Position numbers and translations under genes: made by a program
Shown here: piece by piece, positions 1-8,231 of the stretch
Position numbering within the stretch: the stretch's first letter is position 1
Layout: each line of letters starts with the position of its first letter
Virus record (IMG/VR): IMGVR_UViG_3300022844_000012
Location: 1 to 32,884 of that record
From: a virus
Lineage: Duplodnaviria > Caudoviricetes
Direction: 5' to 3' (one strand)
DNA length: 32,884 nucleotides
The notes under the pieces: model-generated
The model's database searches: none
Seen by the model: the letters and a program-made list of their open reading frames with translations, nothing else
What the model was told of the DNA's origin: nothing

Positions 1-6
1 CGGTCG

Positions 7-90
7 TTACGCGGATCTCTGGATGATTGCCCAACATGGCCTGCATCTTCCGCCCCGGTCGCCCCCTACTTGTTTTTCTAGCGCGCTCAC
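7..90 (-). pseudogene. N-terminal stub resembling a DUF3310/SaV-like gene
   Basis: GTG start overlaps the upstream stop (GTGA). Reads MSALEKQVGGD, then RGGRCRPCWAIIQRSA*. The usual continuation (HY) is missing. Confidence 0.4.
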
Positions 91-368
91 TTGCTTTGCT
101 CCGGCGGCTTGTCCCAAGGCAGTGGCAGCACTGCGTCGTGGAACTCAATGCGGGTGCCGTACTCTGGGTGGCCATGTATCTCCATCGCAGCATGAAACGA
201 GTCCCACACTGATATGGATGACACTGCGGTCAGCCAGTTGAGTACGCACTTCCCGTTGTCGAACACAACGCCTTCGTACTGGGGTTCGTCCGGCGGGTTG
301 ACTTGGCTTTCGTTGTGGGTGCTGCTGATGTCCAGCGTTCTGTATGCAGTAAATCTATTCATTATCAA
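87..368 (-). CDS. conserved phage hypothetical protein
   Basis: 93-aa ORF coupled to neighbours. EGVVFDNGKCVLNW...HGHPEYGTRIEF resembles a recurrent small phage family. Confidence 0.75.
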   Translation of the reverse strand: MIMNRFTAYRTLDISSTHNESQVNPPDEPQYEGVVFDNGKCVLNWLTAVSSISVWDSFHAAMEIHGHPEYGTRIEFHDAVLPLPWDKPPEQSK

Positions 369-702
369 GCTCCTGTGTGCGGGCAGATGGTGGAATTGTT
401 GTGTACTCTAGCCTGCCATATTCATTAATCGGCCAGATGGAGGCTTCTAAATCATTCCGCATTGCATCACGTTCAGCCTCCAACTTTTGGCGTTGGTACT
501 TCAAGCCATCCGTCACTATCACGTAAGACTCGATCTGGTTAGCGGCAGATAATTTCGTGCTGTGCAATTCTTTCTTTATTTCAGCATTCTCATCGGTTAA
601 ACGTGCGACCTCTGCTTCGTGGTTTTTGTTCTTAACCCAATCGCCAAATGGGTGGAAGTATTCGATGCCATCTTTGCCGAACTCGTATCTTTGAATACTC
701 AT
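355..702 (-). CDS. hypothetical coiled-coil protein (Ead/Ea22-like accessory region)
   Basis: 115-aa ORF, ATGA overlap with the upstream gene, heptad-like central segment. Confidence 0.7.
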   Translation of the reverse strand: MSIQRYEFGKDGIEYFHPFGDWVKNKNHEAEVARLTDENAEIKKELHSTKLSAANQIESYVIVTDGLKYQRQKLEAERDAMRNDLEASIWPINEYGRLEYTTIPPSARTQELDNE

Positions 703-1097
703 ACACCCCCTCCTAGTAACTCAGTGCGGTTAGCGCACCAACCAGACATACAGTTATTATCGCTCCTGTTCTCGATAGAAGGACTCCCACAATCAGGACA
801 TTCAGCCTCCCGCAGCGCAGACTTGAGGGCGGTGTTAGCTTCAATTAAGTCGTGGTGCGTCTTGTTTCGGCATTGGAACGCTTCGATATTACCGGCGGTG
901 ACAAGTGTTTGTTGTAGCCGTTCTTTCAGCTCCATGACTTCAGCCTCTAGCGCGGTGATGCGATCGGCTGCTTCAAGCTGTATAAAGGGCACGAACTCAG
1001 AAAATGTCCGCTTCTTGCTATCTGCCACCGCGTATATCCCTCTCAGCCGATCCGTCAACGGCCCGCCATTTAGTGCTATTCCATCACCTATGCTCAT
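699..1097 (-). CDS. hypothetical protein, coiled coil plus C-terminal Cys cluster
   Basis: EAADRITALEAE coiled coil, CPDC...C..GWC motif, ATGA coupling. Confidence 0.7.
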   Translation of the reverse strand: MSIGDGIALNGGPLTDRLRGIYAVADSKKRTFSEFVPFIQLEAADRITALEAEVMELKERLQQTLVTAGNIEAFQCRNKTHHDLIEANTALKSALREAECPDCGSPSIENRSDNNCMSGWCANRTELLGGGV

Positions 1098-1312
1098 GGT
1101 GCCTCTCTCGTGTCTGGTGCTATAAAACCTATCGAGATAATGATGGGGAAAAATATCAACTGTAGCGCCTGATGATTACCGTCACTGATCATCCCCAGTC
1201 TGAACCTAATCACCTCACCATCAATCGCCCATTGACCATCGCTAGACAACCGCCAAGCTAAAAGCATTCTACCAAATTCGTGAAAGTGCATAGGGGGGTT
1301 TTTCTTACTCAT
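1094..1312 (-). CDS. hypothetical protein
   Basis: 72-aa ORF tightly coupled in the leftward operon, GAGGGG RBS. Confidence 0.6.
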   Translation of the reverse strand: MSKKNPPMHFHEFGRMLLAWRLSSDGQWAIDGEVIRFRLGMISDGNHQALQLIFFPIIISIGFIAPDTREAP

Positions 1313-1509
1313 TACCCCTCTCCCCGCGCCTTCATATCGTTCAGCAAATCAATCTCGTGCTCCGCTTTTTGCATTGCCTGAACCGTCTTAAAATACTGAC
1401 GTTTAATCCCTGCCGTGGGATTTTCTACGTTCAGATAAACCCTGTGCGTTATTATTGCGAGTTGGTTGTGCGCGTCTTCGGTTTCTAACGTGTTTTGTTT
1501 ATAGCTCAT
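1312..1509 (-). CDS. hypothetical protein
   Basis: 65-aa ORF, GGAGAGG RBS, coupled. Confidence 0.65.
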   Translation of the reverse strand: MSYKQNTLETEDAHNQLAIITHRVYLNVENPTAGIKRQYFKTVQAMQKAEHEIDLLNDMKARGEG

Positions 1510-1749
1510 TTACCCTCTCCCTGTAATGGCTGCTATGGCTTCCGTCAACATATCGGCTAGGTCATCATCGCCAGAGTTCATGTTGAGGTAAGAGCCGTGA
1601 TCATTCACCACCCGATTAGTTAGAGTTATCAACTCATCCACCAGATCGGTGCGCGTGTAGCTTGTGCCGCCTGCTGCCTTTGATTTATGTTCTGAGAGCA
1701 ACCACTCGCAGTACCTGTTCGCGTGTATCACCTTTGGCATATCACTCAT
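1510..1749 (-). CDS. hypothetical protein
   Basis: 79-aa ORF. MPKVIHA...YTRTDLVDEL pattern is common in phage accessory ORFs. Confidence 0.7.
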   Translation of the reverse strand: MSDMPKVIHANRYCEWLLSEHKSKAAGGTSYTRTDLVDELITLTNRVVNDHGSYLNMNSGDDDLADMLTEAIAAITGRG

Positions 1750-2222
1750 AGAATATCCTTTAATATGATTGTGTGCTCCAGGGATAGGGTGACTGTGCCG
1801 CCGACGAGCAGCAAAGCCGCCAGGTCTTCTAACGCTCGCACTCGCTTTTCGCCTGGGCTGAAAGACACTAAGTAAGGAACAGCTAATGAGTAATAGCGGT
1901 AGTATTTTTCATGATACACCTCATCGGGGTTCAGCGTGTGATGTGCCGGCGCCACCTTTTTAGTAGCGCCACGCCAATTGCGAGGGACATCACGATAGTG
2001 TTGCAGCAGACCATACATTTTACGGTTCATGCACTCCAGAAACTTTATTTCCTTCTCCGCATAGTCCAGTTGCTTCACCTTGAGTTTTTGCTCCGCTAGT
2101 GCAGCTGCCGCAACGCTTTTAACACGCTGGGCTTCTACTGAAACCTGTTCAGCGGTTATCGCGGCCCGCACACGCGGCAGTAGCTCTTTGCATCTTGCTG
2201 GGGTTAGGACTGCTTCACTCAT
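1746..2222 (-). CDS. hypothetical protein
   Basis: Start moved to the ATG at 2222 (MSEAVLTP), which overlaps the stop of the upstream small ORF. Confidence 0.65.
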   Translation of the reverse strand: MSEAVLTPARCKELLPRVRAAITAEQVSVEAQRVKSVAAAALAEQKLKVKQLDYAEKEIKFLECMNRKMYGLLQHYRDVPRNWRGATKKVAPAHHTLNPDEVYHEKYYRYYSLAVPYLVSFSPGEKRVRALEDLAALLLVGGTVTLSLEHTIILKDIL

Positions 2223-2395
2223 GGCGCACCCACGGTATAAGCTTGCATTTGAACCCAAGAATTAGCTTCGAATTTCGCCAAATCTCTACTAGCAAACTTG
2301 AACCCTTCTGCGGCTAACCGCGTGCCCTCGTAGATGCTGAACACCCAGCTGGTATCATTCCCTTCGTTGTATATATCTATCCTATAGTCGCTCAT
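2219..2395 (-). CDS. small hypothetical protein (58 aa, not in ORF track)
   Basis: MSDYRIDIYNEGNDTSWVFSIYEG...VGAP*. ATGA overlaps at both ends, AGGAG RBS. Confidence 0.65.
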   Translation of the reverse strand: MSDYRIDIYNEGNDTSWVFSIYEGTRLAAEGFKFASRDLAKFEANSWVQMQAYTVGAP

Positions 2396-2652
2396 GATGT
2401 TTGCTCCTGATGCATGTACGCTTGGTCGTTAAGTACTTCGGCTAACGCGATTGCGTGGAATTTGTGCAGATCCAGAATAGTGCGATTGATTGTGCCGTGT
2501 ATATGGCCTCCGCCGTTGTGCCGGCTCTCTGCTATCAGGATCTTATCTGGACCGAACCATCCCCATGAGCCTTCAGCGTGACAGACCTCCCGCACCACTG
2601 ACACTTCGTAATGATCGGGTTCCCCTTTGACTGCTAATATCAATTTATTCAT
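2392..2652 (-). CDS. hypothetical protein
   Basis: 86-aa ORF with AAGGAGA RBS. Confidence 0.7.
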   Translation of the reverse strand: MNKLILAVKGEPDHYEVSVVREVCHAEGSWGWFGPDKILIAESRHNGGGHIHGTINRTILDLHKFHAIALAEVLNDQAYMHQEQTS

Positions 2653-2735
2653 CGTATCTCTCCTTCGGTGCGTTCGTGTTTAGCGAGTTCTGTGACCAGG
2701 CCTTCGAAGTCTTGGAGCCGTGTTCTTTGCAGTAA

Positions 2736-2903
2736 TTACTCAATGGATTCTCCCCGTAAAGACTCAATAGCCCTCTGCGCTTCATCCAGGTCGCGGCATA
2801 GAAGGCGGTTCGTGCTCTCTAGTTCGGTGATGCGTTCCTTGTACCGATCGCACTGCTCAGAAACGTCCATTAACCTATCCTCTAACTTCTCAAGGATGCT
2901 CAT
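2736..2903 (-). CDS. small coiled-coil protein (55 aa, not in ORF track)
   Basis: MSILEKLEDRLMDVSEQCDRYKERITELES...GESIE*, ATGA-coupled to the upstream gene. Confidence 0.6.
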   Translation of the reverse strand: MSILEKLEDRLMDVSEQCDRYKERITELESTNRLLCRDLDEAQRAIESLRGESIE

Positions 2904-3214
2904 TTGCTAACCCCTATAATGACCCTGCAACCATCTTTTCTTCTGCCTGAATCCTGACATAACCCCTTTTCGATCAAGCCAGAGATTCTGCTAGAGAAAC
3001 TACTGACGCCCTTGCCCATTAAAGGTGCCAAATCCTTCATTGTAAGGCCGTTAGAGGACTTTATGATGTGTTGGCACACGATATGCTCATCGCCCTTAGA
3101 ATTGACTGTATGAGCCGCATCTATGGACGTATCAGGGGCATCTTTGCGGTGTAGTCGGTGCGGTTCTTTGCCGTACTTGTGCATAATCCCGACAGTACCT
3201 CTGTAATCAACCAT
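2900..3214 (-). CDS. putative winged-helix DNA-binding protein
   Basis: HRKDAPDTSIDAA motif followed by GLTMKDLA...SSRISGLIEKGL helix-turn-helix pattern. AGGAG/AAGGA RBS. Confidence 0.65.
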   Translation of the reverse strand: MVDYRGTVGIMHKYGKEPHRLHRKDAPDTSIDAAHTVNSKGDEHIVCQHIIKSSNGLTMKDLAPLMGKGVSSFSSRISGLIEKGLCQDSGRRKDGCRVIIGVSK

Positions 3215-3223
3215 ATCCTTCTC

Positions 3224-3619
3224 CTAAAATGGAATATCATCTGAAAAATCTTCAGGGGGCGCGTCTTTACCTTGAGGCTTTTGATTACCTGGCTCACGTT
3301 TAGACCCAACAAAGTGGAATTCACTCGCCACAATGTCCGTTGTATAACGTTTAACGCCGTCTTTTTCCCATTCTTTGTATTCTAATGAGCCTTCGATAAC
3401 CAACTGATCGCCCTTTTTAACGTGTTGAGCAATAATCTCACCCATCTTTCCAAAGGCTTTGACTGTATGCCATTCAGTCTTCTCCTTTTTCTCGTTGGTA
3501 TCCTTAACCGTCCAGCGTTTAGTGGTCGCCATTGAGAAATTAGCTACCGAATTACCGTTTGGCATTTGTCTAACTTCAGGATCGTTGCCCAATCTGCCCA
3601 ATAAATTTACTTTATTCAT
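3224..3619 (-). CDS. ssb: single-stranded DNA-binding protein
   Basis: MNKVNLLGRLGNDPEVR, TEWH, KKGDQLVIEGSL OB-fold motifs and acidic DDIPF tail. Confidence 0.97.
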   Translation of the reverse strand: MNKVNLLGRLGNDPEVRQMPNGNSVANFSMATTKRWTVKDTNEKKEKTEWHTVKAFGKMGEIIAQHVKKGDQLVIEGSLEYKEWEKDGVKRYTTDIVASEFHFVGSKREPGNQKPQGKDAPPEDFSDDIPF

Positions 3620-4116
3620 ATATATCTTCCTTTTTTACACCGCTTGCGGCGAGGTGAGTTTTCTAAAGCATGAAGTTTCGAATGTGCCGATCTGGTCATT
3701 AGTTGTAGATTTTCTATTCTATTGTCATCCCTAATCTTATTTATATGATGGACGGACTCGTTTGCGTATAGCCTTCTACCTATAACCCCCTCCATTGCTA
3801 TAACGTGGACTGACCTGCCTTTATTCGGCCCCATTGTGTACTCAATCCATCCGCCAGGTTTTTTACTTGTTCCCTTCCCGACTCCCATCTTAGCTACGGA
3901 TATTTTCCTTTTTTGCTCATCCGTCATCGGTGCGCGCTTAACGCCCTTGTTTGCAGACAATCGGCCTTGTGATGCCGCCAGCCTTGTCCCGTCAGCGAAC
4001 GTTCTTAAAATACCCAAGGGCTTTAACTTCCGTCTAGCGGTAGATTTAGAGACGCCCGTCTCTTTAGCGACTTGAGAAATGCTCATTCCAGACAAATACA
4101 TGTTTTTTATATCCAT
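3616..4116 (-). CDS. free-standing HNH homing endonuclease (HTH, NUMOD3-like motif, HNH)
   Basis: N-terminal HTH (SISQVAKETGVSKSTARRKL), MTDEQKRKIS motif, VHHINKIRDDNRIENLQL..H..LH nuclease motif. Confidence 0.9.
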   Translation of the reverse strand: MDIKNMYLSGMSISQVAKETGVSKSTARRKLKPLGILRTFADGTRLAASQGRLSANKGVKRAPMTDEQKRKISVAKMGVGKGTSKKPGGWIEYTMGPNKGRSVHVIAMEGVIGRRLYANESVHHINKIRDDNRIENLQLMTRSAHSKLHALENSPRRKRCKKGRYI

Positions 4117-4122
4117 GAACAG

Positions 4123-4128
4123 AGTTTA
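4123..4128 (-). promoter_or_regulatory. candidate -10 box for a leaderless HNH transcript
   Basis: TAAACT lies 6 nt before the HNH ATG. No Shine-Dalgarno and no clear -35. Confidence 0.35.
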
Positions 4129-4129
4129 A

Positions 4130-4165
4130 CTAATAGGGCCATCTAATAACAGTCACCTTGTTCAT
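4130..4165 (-). pseudogene. relic 5' end of ssb (MNKVTVI, then RWPY*)
   Basis: AAGGAAG RBS, ATGA overlap with the exonuclease stop, first codons match the SSB N-terminus MNKV. Confidence 0.75.
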
Positions 4166-5013
4166 TCTGCTTCCTTATGTGTGATTTTCATCTGCTGTGC
4201 CGCTTTCTTGCGGTATTTCTCTAGGTTCACACCCTCTAACTGAGGGACTATCGAGTAATCAACGCTGCCTTTCTTCTCGAAAAACGTGATTTGTGCGTTA
4301 TTACACGTTGAATTCTTCTCAATTCGAGTCTTTAAGAACGTTTCAATCGCTTTCTTTTCTTCTGTAAGGGTTTTAATCCGCTCAGCCAGTAGCTTGTGAT
4401 CGCCTAACTGCATGGCAATCTTTTCATCATCAATCTCAATCCAATCAGGTTCAGGTGGGTTAGCACAGAAATCATCCCATGCCTTGATTAACTTCTTCTT
4501 CTCTGACGGTTTGGGGCTGAACTTCAGGCATTTGAAAACACCAGGTTCAATGAACACAAACAAATAGCTGTAATCAGTCGGGACAACGTAATGCTGATGA
4601 ACCAGTTGCCACATATAGTGTTCGGGAATCTCACCTTTGATTACTGACTTCCACGTTGCTGAATCAACACCTTTGTACGGGCATTTAATCTCAACGTTAT
4701 AAGTCTGACGATTTTCATCACGGCCGTAAGCATCTAGCGAAGCTGAATACTCACCTTGATTCGCAACCACTGGCTCTAGCGTAGCTTTCAGATACTTCTC
4801 TGCTGCTGCTCTAGCGATAGGCTCCATGTTATGACCATGTTCTGTAGCAACGTTACCAAAGAACGTAGACTCTCCCTGCTTCTCTAGCCAGAGTTTGTAC
4901 TTTGTTCTGAATGGATCTACCCCCATGATTGAACCAGCCTCAGAAGCGTTCCTGTAGCGGCTACGGTGGGCTAACCATTCTTTAGAGCCTTGAGTCAATT
5001 CGACAAATTTCAT
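4162..5013 (-). CDS. YqaJ-like (lambda exonuclease family) recombination nuclease
   Basis: QGSKEWLAHR, ASLD, VEIKCP and YMWQLVHQ motifs. Confidence 0.93.
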   Translation of the reverse strand: MKFVELTQGSKEWLAHRSRYRNASEAGSIMGVDPFRTKYKLWLEKQGESTFFGNVATEHGHNMEPIARAAAEKYLKATLEPVVANQGEYSASLDAYGRDENRQTYNVEIKCPYKGVDSATWKSVIKGEIPEHYMWQLVHQHYVVPTDYSYLFVFIEPGVFKCLKFSPKPSEKKKLIKAWDDFCANPPEPDWIEIDDEKIAMQLGDHKLLAERIKTLTEEKKAIETFLKTRIEKNSTCNNAQITFFEKKGSVDYSIVPQLEGVNLEKYRKKAAQQMKITHKEAE

Positions 5014-6083
5014 GCGGTTTCCTTTTTAAGTTCGGTTAAATTGATTTGCGGTGCATCGTCAAGCCCGACCAGCCTAGTTACCGCCTCTGCTGTCGTTATT
5101 GTCTTATTCGCTTCCCATGTTGGGTCAACATTGAACTCATCAAATATCAACTCATTACCAATCATCGGGGTTTTGACATTAATGCCGTACCCATTCCACT
5201 TGAATTGCCGCAAGCCTCTAATATGCTCCCGTACATGACTTGACCCGCCTCCGGTTTTTCGGTCGTGCGCTCTAACGTGATGGATAATTTTCTTACTCAC
5301 GCCATCCTCAACAACATTTTCCCTATCCTTAAAGTAATGCTTAGTGTCTTTTTTAGGGACACAAAAGGTCATGCGCTTACCATCTTTTTTACAGATAACG
5401 TGCCACATCTCGTTCTTTGCTTGCCAGAAATTAAATACTGAGTGGGCATAATATTTAACACCCTCAATATTGTTGTCTGACCCAAATGTACTAAGCCTCC
5501 AACTTCTTGAAACGTAACCCCCTCCGTTTGGAAGGCTAACTTGATGACCGTATAGGCGTTTAAGTGGAACAGCTTGATTGTCGATAATTTGCACATCGTA
5601 AGTCCCCCAATACAACTTCCCCTCGGTATGCCCGCACTGGAATCCGATGCCGATTTCATAAACAGGATGCTCTTTATTGTGTGCTTCCAAGAACCACTGG
5701 TTTCTTGTTGGCAACTTTATCGCATACACAAATGCAATATTGTCGTCCTCGCTCATCTGAAAAGAAGGATCGTTGGCAAAAAACATCATTGTGGGTCTTT
5801 TTCCGTGTTCAATCTTATCGCTTTCTACTTGGTAATCTGGCTGCGGAACAAATGGCCCCATCTTTCTCAGCGCCCTTAAATTGTTCCAATCTGCACTTCC
5901 CGACCATCCCTTAACTTCCCTCTTGATATACAACCGCTCAAAATGAGCGTCCAAGTTATCAAGGGTTTTCTTGATAGTTTTGCCCCTGTAAACTCTTTTC
6001 TTTCTGGCTTTCTTTGGCTGTTCAGGAGCCTTGGTTTTAAAAAAACTCCTGATGAATGCGACTATTTTTTTAATAATCTTCAC
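5010..6083 (-). CDS. uncharacterised 357-aa protein with HxVRxHxR motifs
   Basis: Long coupled ORF. C-terminal HHVRAHDRK...HVREHIRG. Confidence 0.8.
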   Translation of the reverse strand: MKIIKKIVAFIRSFFKTKAPEQPKKARKKRVYRGKTIKKTLDNLDAHFERLYIKREVKGWSGSADWNNLRALRKMGPFVPQPDYQVESDKIEHGKRPTMMFFANDPSFQMSEDDNIAFVYAIKLPTRNQWFLEAHNKEHPVYEIGIGFQCGHTEGKLYWGTYDVQIIDNQAVPLKRLYGHQVSLPNGGGYVSRSWRLSTFGSDNNIEGVKYYAHSVFNFWQAKNEMWHVICKKDGKRMTFCVPKKDTKHYFKDRENVVEDGVSKKIIHHVRAHDRKTGGGSSHVREHIRGLRQFKWNGYGINVKTPMIGNELIFDEFNVDPTWEANKTITTAEAVTRLVGLDDAPQINLTELKKETA

Positions 6084-6652
6084 TTCGCTTCTCCCTTCAT
6101 TTCTTTAACTTTCTTCTCTAGTCGGATGATGGACGCTTCAACGCTACCATCTGCCATGATGTAGCTTTCAACATCGGAAAAACTGGTGCCTGTTCGTTCG
6201 CACAAGTCGGCTACCTGGCCTTTCTTGCCGTTAAAAGGGTCATAAGGGCCGGTAGTTTCTAAATTGGGCAGATCCTCACCAGCGTAGATGTAAAGACCGA
6301 GACCATGAAAGGCTATAGCTTTGACCAGTGTTCGCTGTAATGCGGTGTTCACATCAAAGGAATTGGGATTCTGGATAGATTTGTTCTGGTGGTTTAGCAC
6401 TGGCATGATTTCAGTAGCGGCAACACCTTCAACCGTTACCGTGACCACTACATAAGCGTAACCATCGTTATCCTTCATGTAAGGGACCTGACCAGTGGCA
6501 ATGTCGTCAAATATTTCCTTTTTGAAGGTAGCGTCAGGGTAATGCTCTTTGAGCGTAGACCATGCCCATGCCCATGATAGGTAGCTAAACTTACCTTTCT
6601 TTTCTATGTGCTTACTAACATCAATAGCACTTAACGTTTTCCATACACTCAT
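6080..6652 (-). CDS. Sak/Rad52-like single-strand annealing protein (DUF1071-like)
   Basis: IEKKGKFSYLSWAWAW and FDVNTALQRTLVKAIAFHGLGLYIYAGEDLP motifs. Confidence 0.93.
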   Translation of the reverse strand: MSVWKTLSAIDVSKHIEKKGKFSYLSWAWAWSTLKEHYPDATFKKEIFDDIATGQVPYMKDNDGYAYVVVTVTVEGVAATEIMPVLNHQNKSIQNPNSFDVNTALQRTLVKAIAFHGLGLYIYAGEDLPNLETTGPYDPFNGKKGQVADLCERTGTSFSDVESYIMADGSVEASIIRLEKKVKEMKGEAK

Positions 6653-6831
6653 TTTATTGCTCCATGTTTAGTGATTAATTCTTGTGCCTTTTGCGACATT
6701 TCTGCCATGCCCTCAATCTTGCCCTGCGTTCTAGCCCGTAATATCAACTGCTCGAACCATTCAGATGAAACGGCATCTAACTTATGGTCGGTGATGAACT
6801 GGCGCTCAAGATCGTTCATTAGATCGCTCAT
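6649..6831 (-). CDS. hypothetical protein
   Basis: 60-aa ORF, ATGA coupling on both sides. Confidence 0.65.
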   Translation of the reverse strand: MSDLMNDLERQFITDHKLDAVSSEWFEQLILRARTQGKIEGMAEMSQKAQELITKHGAIK

Positions 6832-7361
6832 TCCTGCCCCTTTGCTTTGTTGATGATGATTCTTGTGAAGCGAAGCAATGTAATGTCTAGCATTGCCCGC
6901 TGTAGGTCGTTCAAATTAGCCTCACGGCCGTATCGGTTGATTATGTTGAGAGGTTTGTTGTCAATCAGGTCACATTCCGCAATACCTGGCAGAAGGTCAG
7001 TATCCCAAAAGGTTTCGTTATCAATCTGGTGATCAAACCGCCACTGAAAGCCATAAAACTTAATTTCCCATTCACGGTAGTAGAAGGCTACTTCGCTGTC
7101 GTCGTGACAGCACTCATCATCTGGCCCCATACCGCTTATAAGCTTCCAAGCTAGGTCAGACGCGCCCAATATGCCTTGATCACTTAGGGCGACAACGGTT
7201 TCTTCATGCAGTTGATAGGCATCCCATATATGTTCTTCAGTAAGCTGGTCTTCAGCATCCGTCATAAACATATGGGTATTGTCTTCTTGTGGGTCGTGGC
7301 CGTATTGATCCATACCATTCAGAATTGCACGATCCTCAATATCAGTTTTAGATATATACAC
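6828..7361 (-). CDS. acidic hypothetical protein
   Basis: 177-aa Asp/Glu-rich ORF, GTG start with GGAGG RBS. Confidence 0.75.
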   Translation of the reverse strand: MYISKTDIEDRAILNGMDQYGHDPQEDNTHMFMTDAEDQLTEEHIWDAYQLHEETVVALSDQGILGASDLAWKLISGMGPDDECCHDDSEVAFYYREWEIKFYGFQWRFDHQIDNETFWDTDLLPGIAECDLIDNKPLNIINRYGREANLNDLQRAMLDITLLRFTRIIINKAKGQE

Positions 7362-7526
7362 CTAAGCCTCCATCATTTTTTCAAGACGCAAGGCTAGGTC
7401 AGCCATTTCTTGAATGATCTGATGCTGTTCTTCACTAGGATGGAATGACCCGCGTAGTTCATTGCGAAGCACGAAAAGTGCATGGTCGATTTGGTAGGTG
7501 TTGAGTATAAATATTGTTAAAGACAT
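7362..7526 (-). CDS. small hypothetical protein
   Basis: Start moved to the ATG at 7526 (MSLTIFILN), which follows the AAAGGAA RBS inside the duplicated leader. Confidence 0.6.
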   Translation of the reverse strand: MSLTIFILNTYQIDHALFVLRNELRGSFHPSEEQHQIIQEMADLALRLEKMMEA

Positions 7527-7527
7527 A

Positions 7528-7567
7528 TTCAGTTCCTTTATAAGATTCAATTAAGACTAGGTGATAG
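7528..7567. repeat. 40-bp direct repeat, copy 1 (leader plus RBS)
   Basis: TTCAGTTCCTTTATAAGATTCAATTAAgaCTAGGTGATAG, 38/40 identical to 8232-8271. Confidence 0.95.
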
Positions 7568-7576
7568 GTCGTTTTC

Positions 7577-7855
7577 TCATAGTTGACCGCCATAGCCAGA
7601 TCCATCGTCAGATCCATCGTTATATCCATATCCAGATCCATATCCATATCCATATCCAGATCCATCCCCAGATCCATATCCATATCCATATCCAGATCCA
7701 TATCCATATCCAGATCCATCCCCAGATCCATATCCGTCCCCAGATCCATATCCATATCCATATCCAGATCCATATCCGTCCCCAGATCCATATCCAGCTC
7801 CATATCCAGCTCCATCCGTGGGGTCAGAATCCTCTGATAATTTAATTGACTTCAT
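7577..7855 (-). CDS. Gly/Tyr/Ser/Asp low-complexity repeat protein
   Basis: GYGYGSGDG repeats encoded by a hexamer tandem array (GGATAT/GGATCT). Overlaps the end of the upstream gene. Confidence 0.7.
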   Translation of the reverse strand: MKSIKLSEDSDPTDGAGYGAGYGSGDGYGSGYGYGYGSGDGYGSGDGSGYGYGSGYGYGYGSGDGSGYGYGYGSGYGYNDGSDDGSGYGGQL

Positions 7856-8228
7856 GGACCGCCTGCCCCTTTATTGAATTCATTGCAACTATCGAGCAAA
7901 AGATTATTTCACAAGCCTCTGGAAGAATGATCTTCTCGACTCTTGCCGTTATTTTTGAAGTTGATTCAAGCCCGTTCACTGCAACGCCAGAAAGCGAGTG
8001 TGATTTGTTAGCCGCTTTCCAGTACCAGAGCCGCCGTGACTCAGTTAACACAACCTCGCGCCCCTCGTAAGACTTCAAATATCCGGCGTGTACGCCAGCA
8101 TCTCGACAGCGAACAATGACGTAATCGCCTATCATTTCCTTGTCGCCTGAAGTTTGGCCCTGGGTTTCACTGCAATTACTATCGTCGAGTAACGCCGACA
8201 ATAGACGCTCAATTAATTTTTTGTTCAT
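7842..8228 (-). CDS. DUF6948-like protein
   Basis: YVIVRCRDAGVHAG...EVVLTESRRLWYW...SLSGVA motif. From recall, this family is usually followed by a Gly-Tyr repeat gene. Confidence 0.75.
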   Translation of the reverse strand: MNKKLIERLLSALLDDSNCSETQGQTSGDKEMIGDYVIVRCRDAGVHAGYLKSYEGREVVLTESRRLWYWKAANKSHSLSGVAVNGLESTSKITARVEKIILPEACEIIFCSIVAMNSIKGQAVHEVN

Positions 8229-8231
8229 CGT

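Noticed and set aside
7459-7845. Alternative-frame ORFs (MDMDL, IHIQ and SISR repeats)
   Set aside because: By-products of a stop-free hexamer array. The Gly-Tyr frame fits the operon and known gene pairing.
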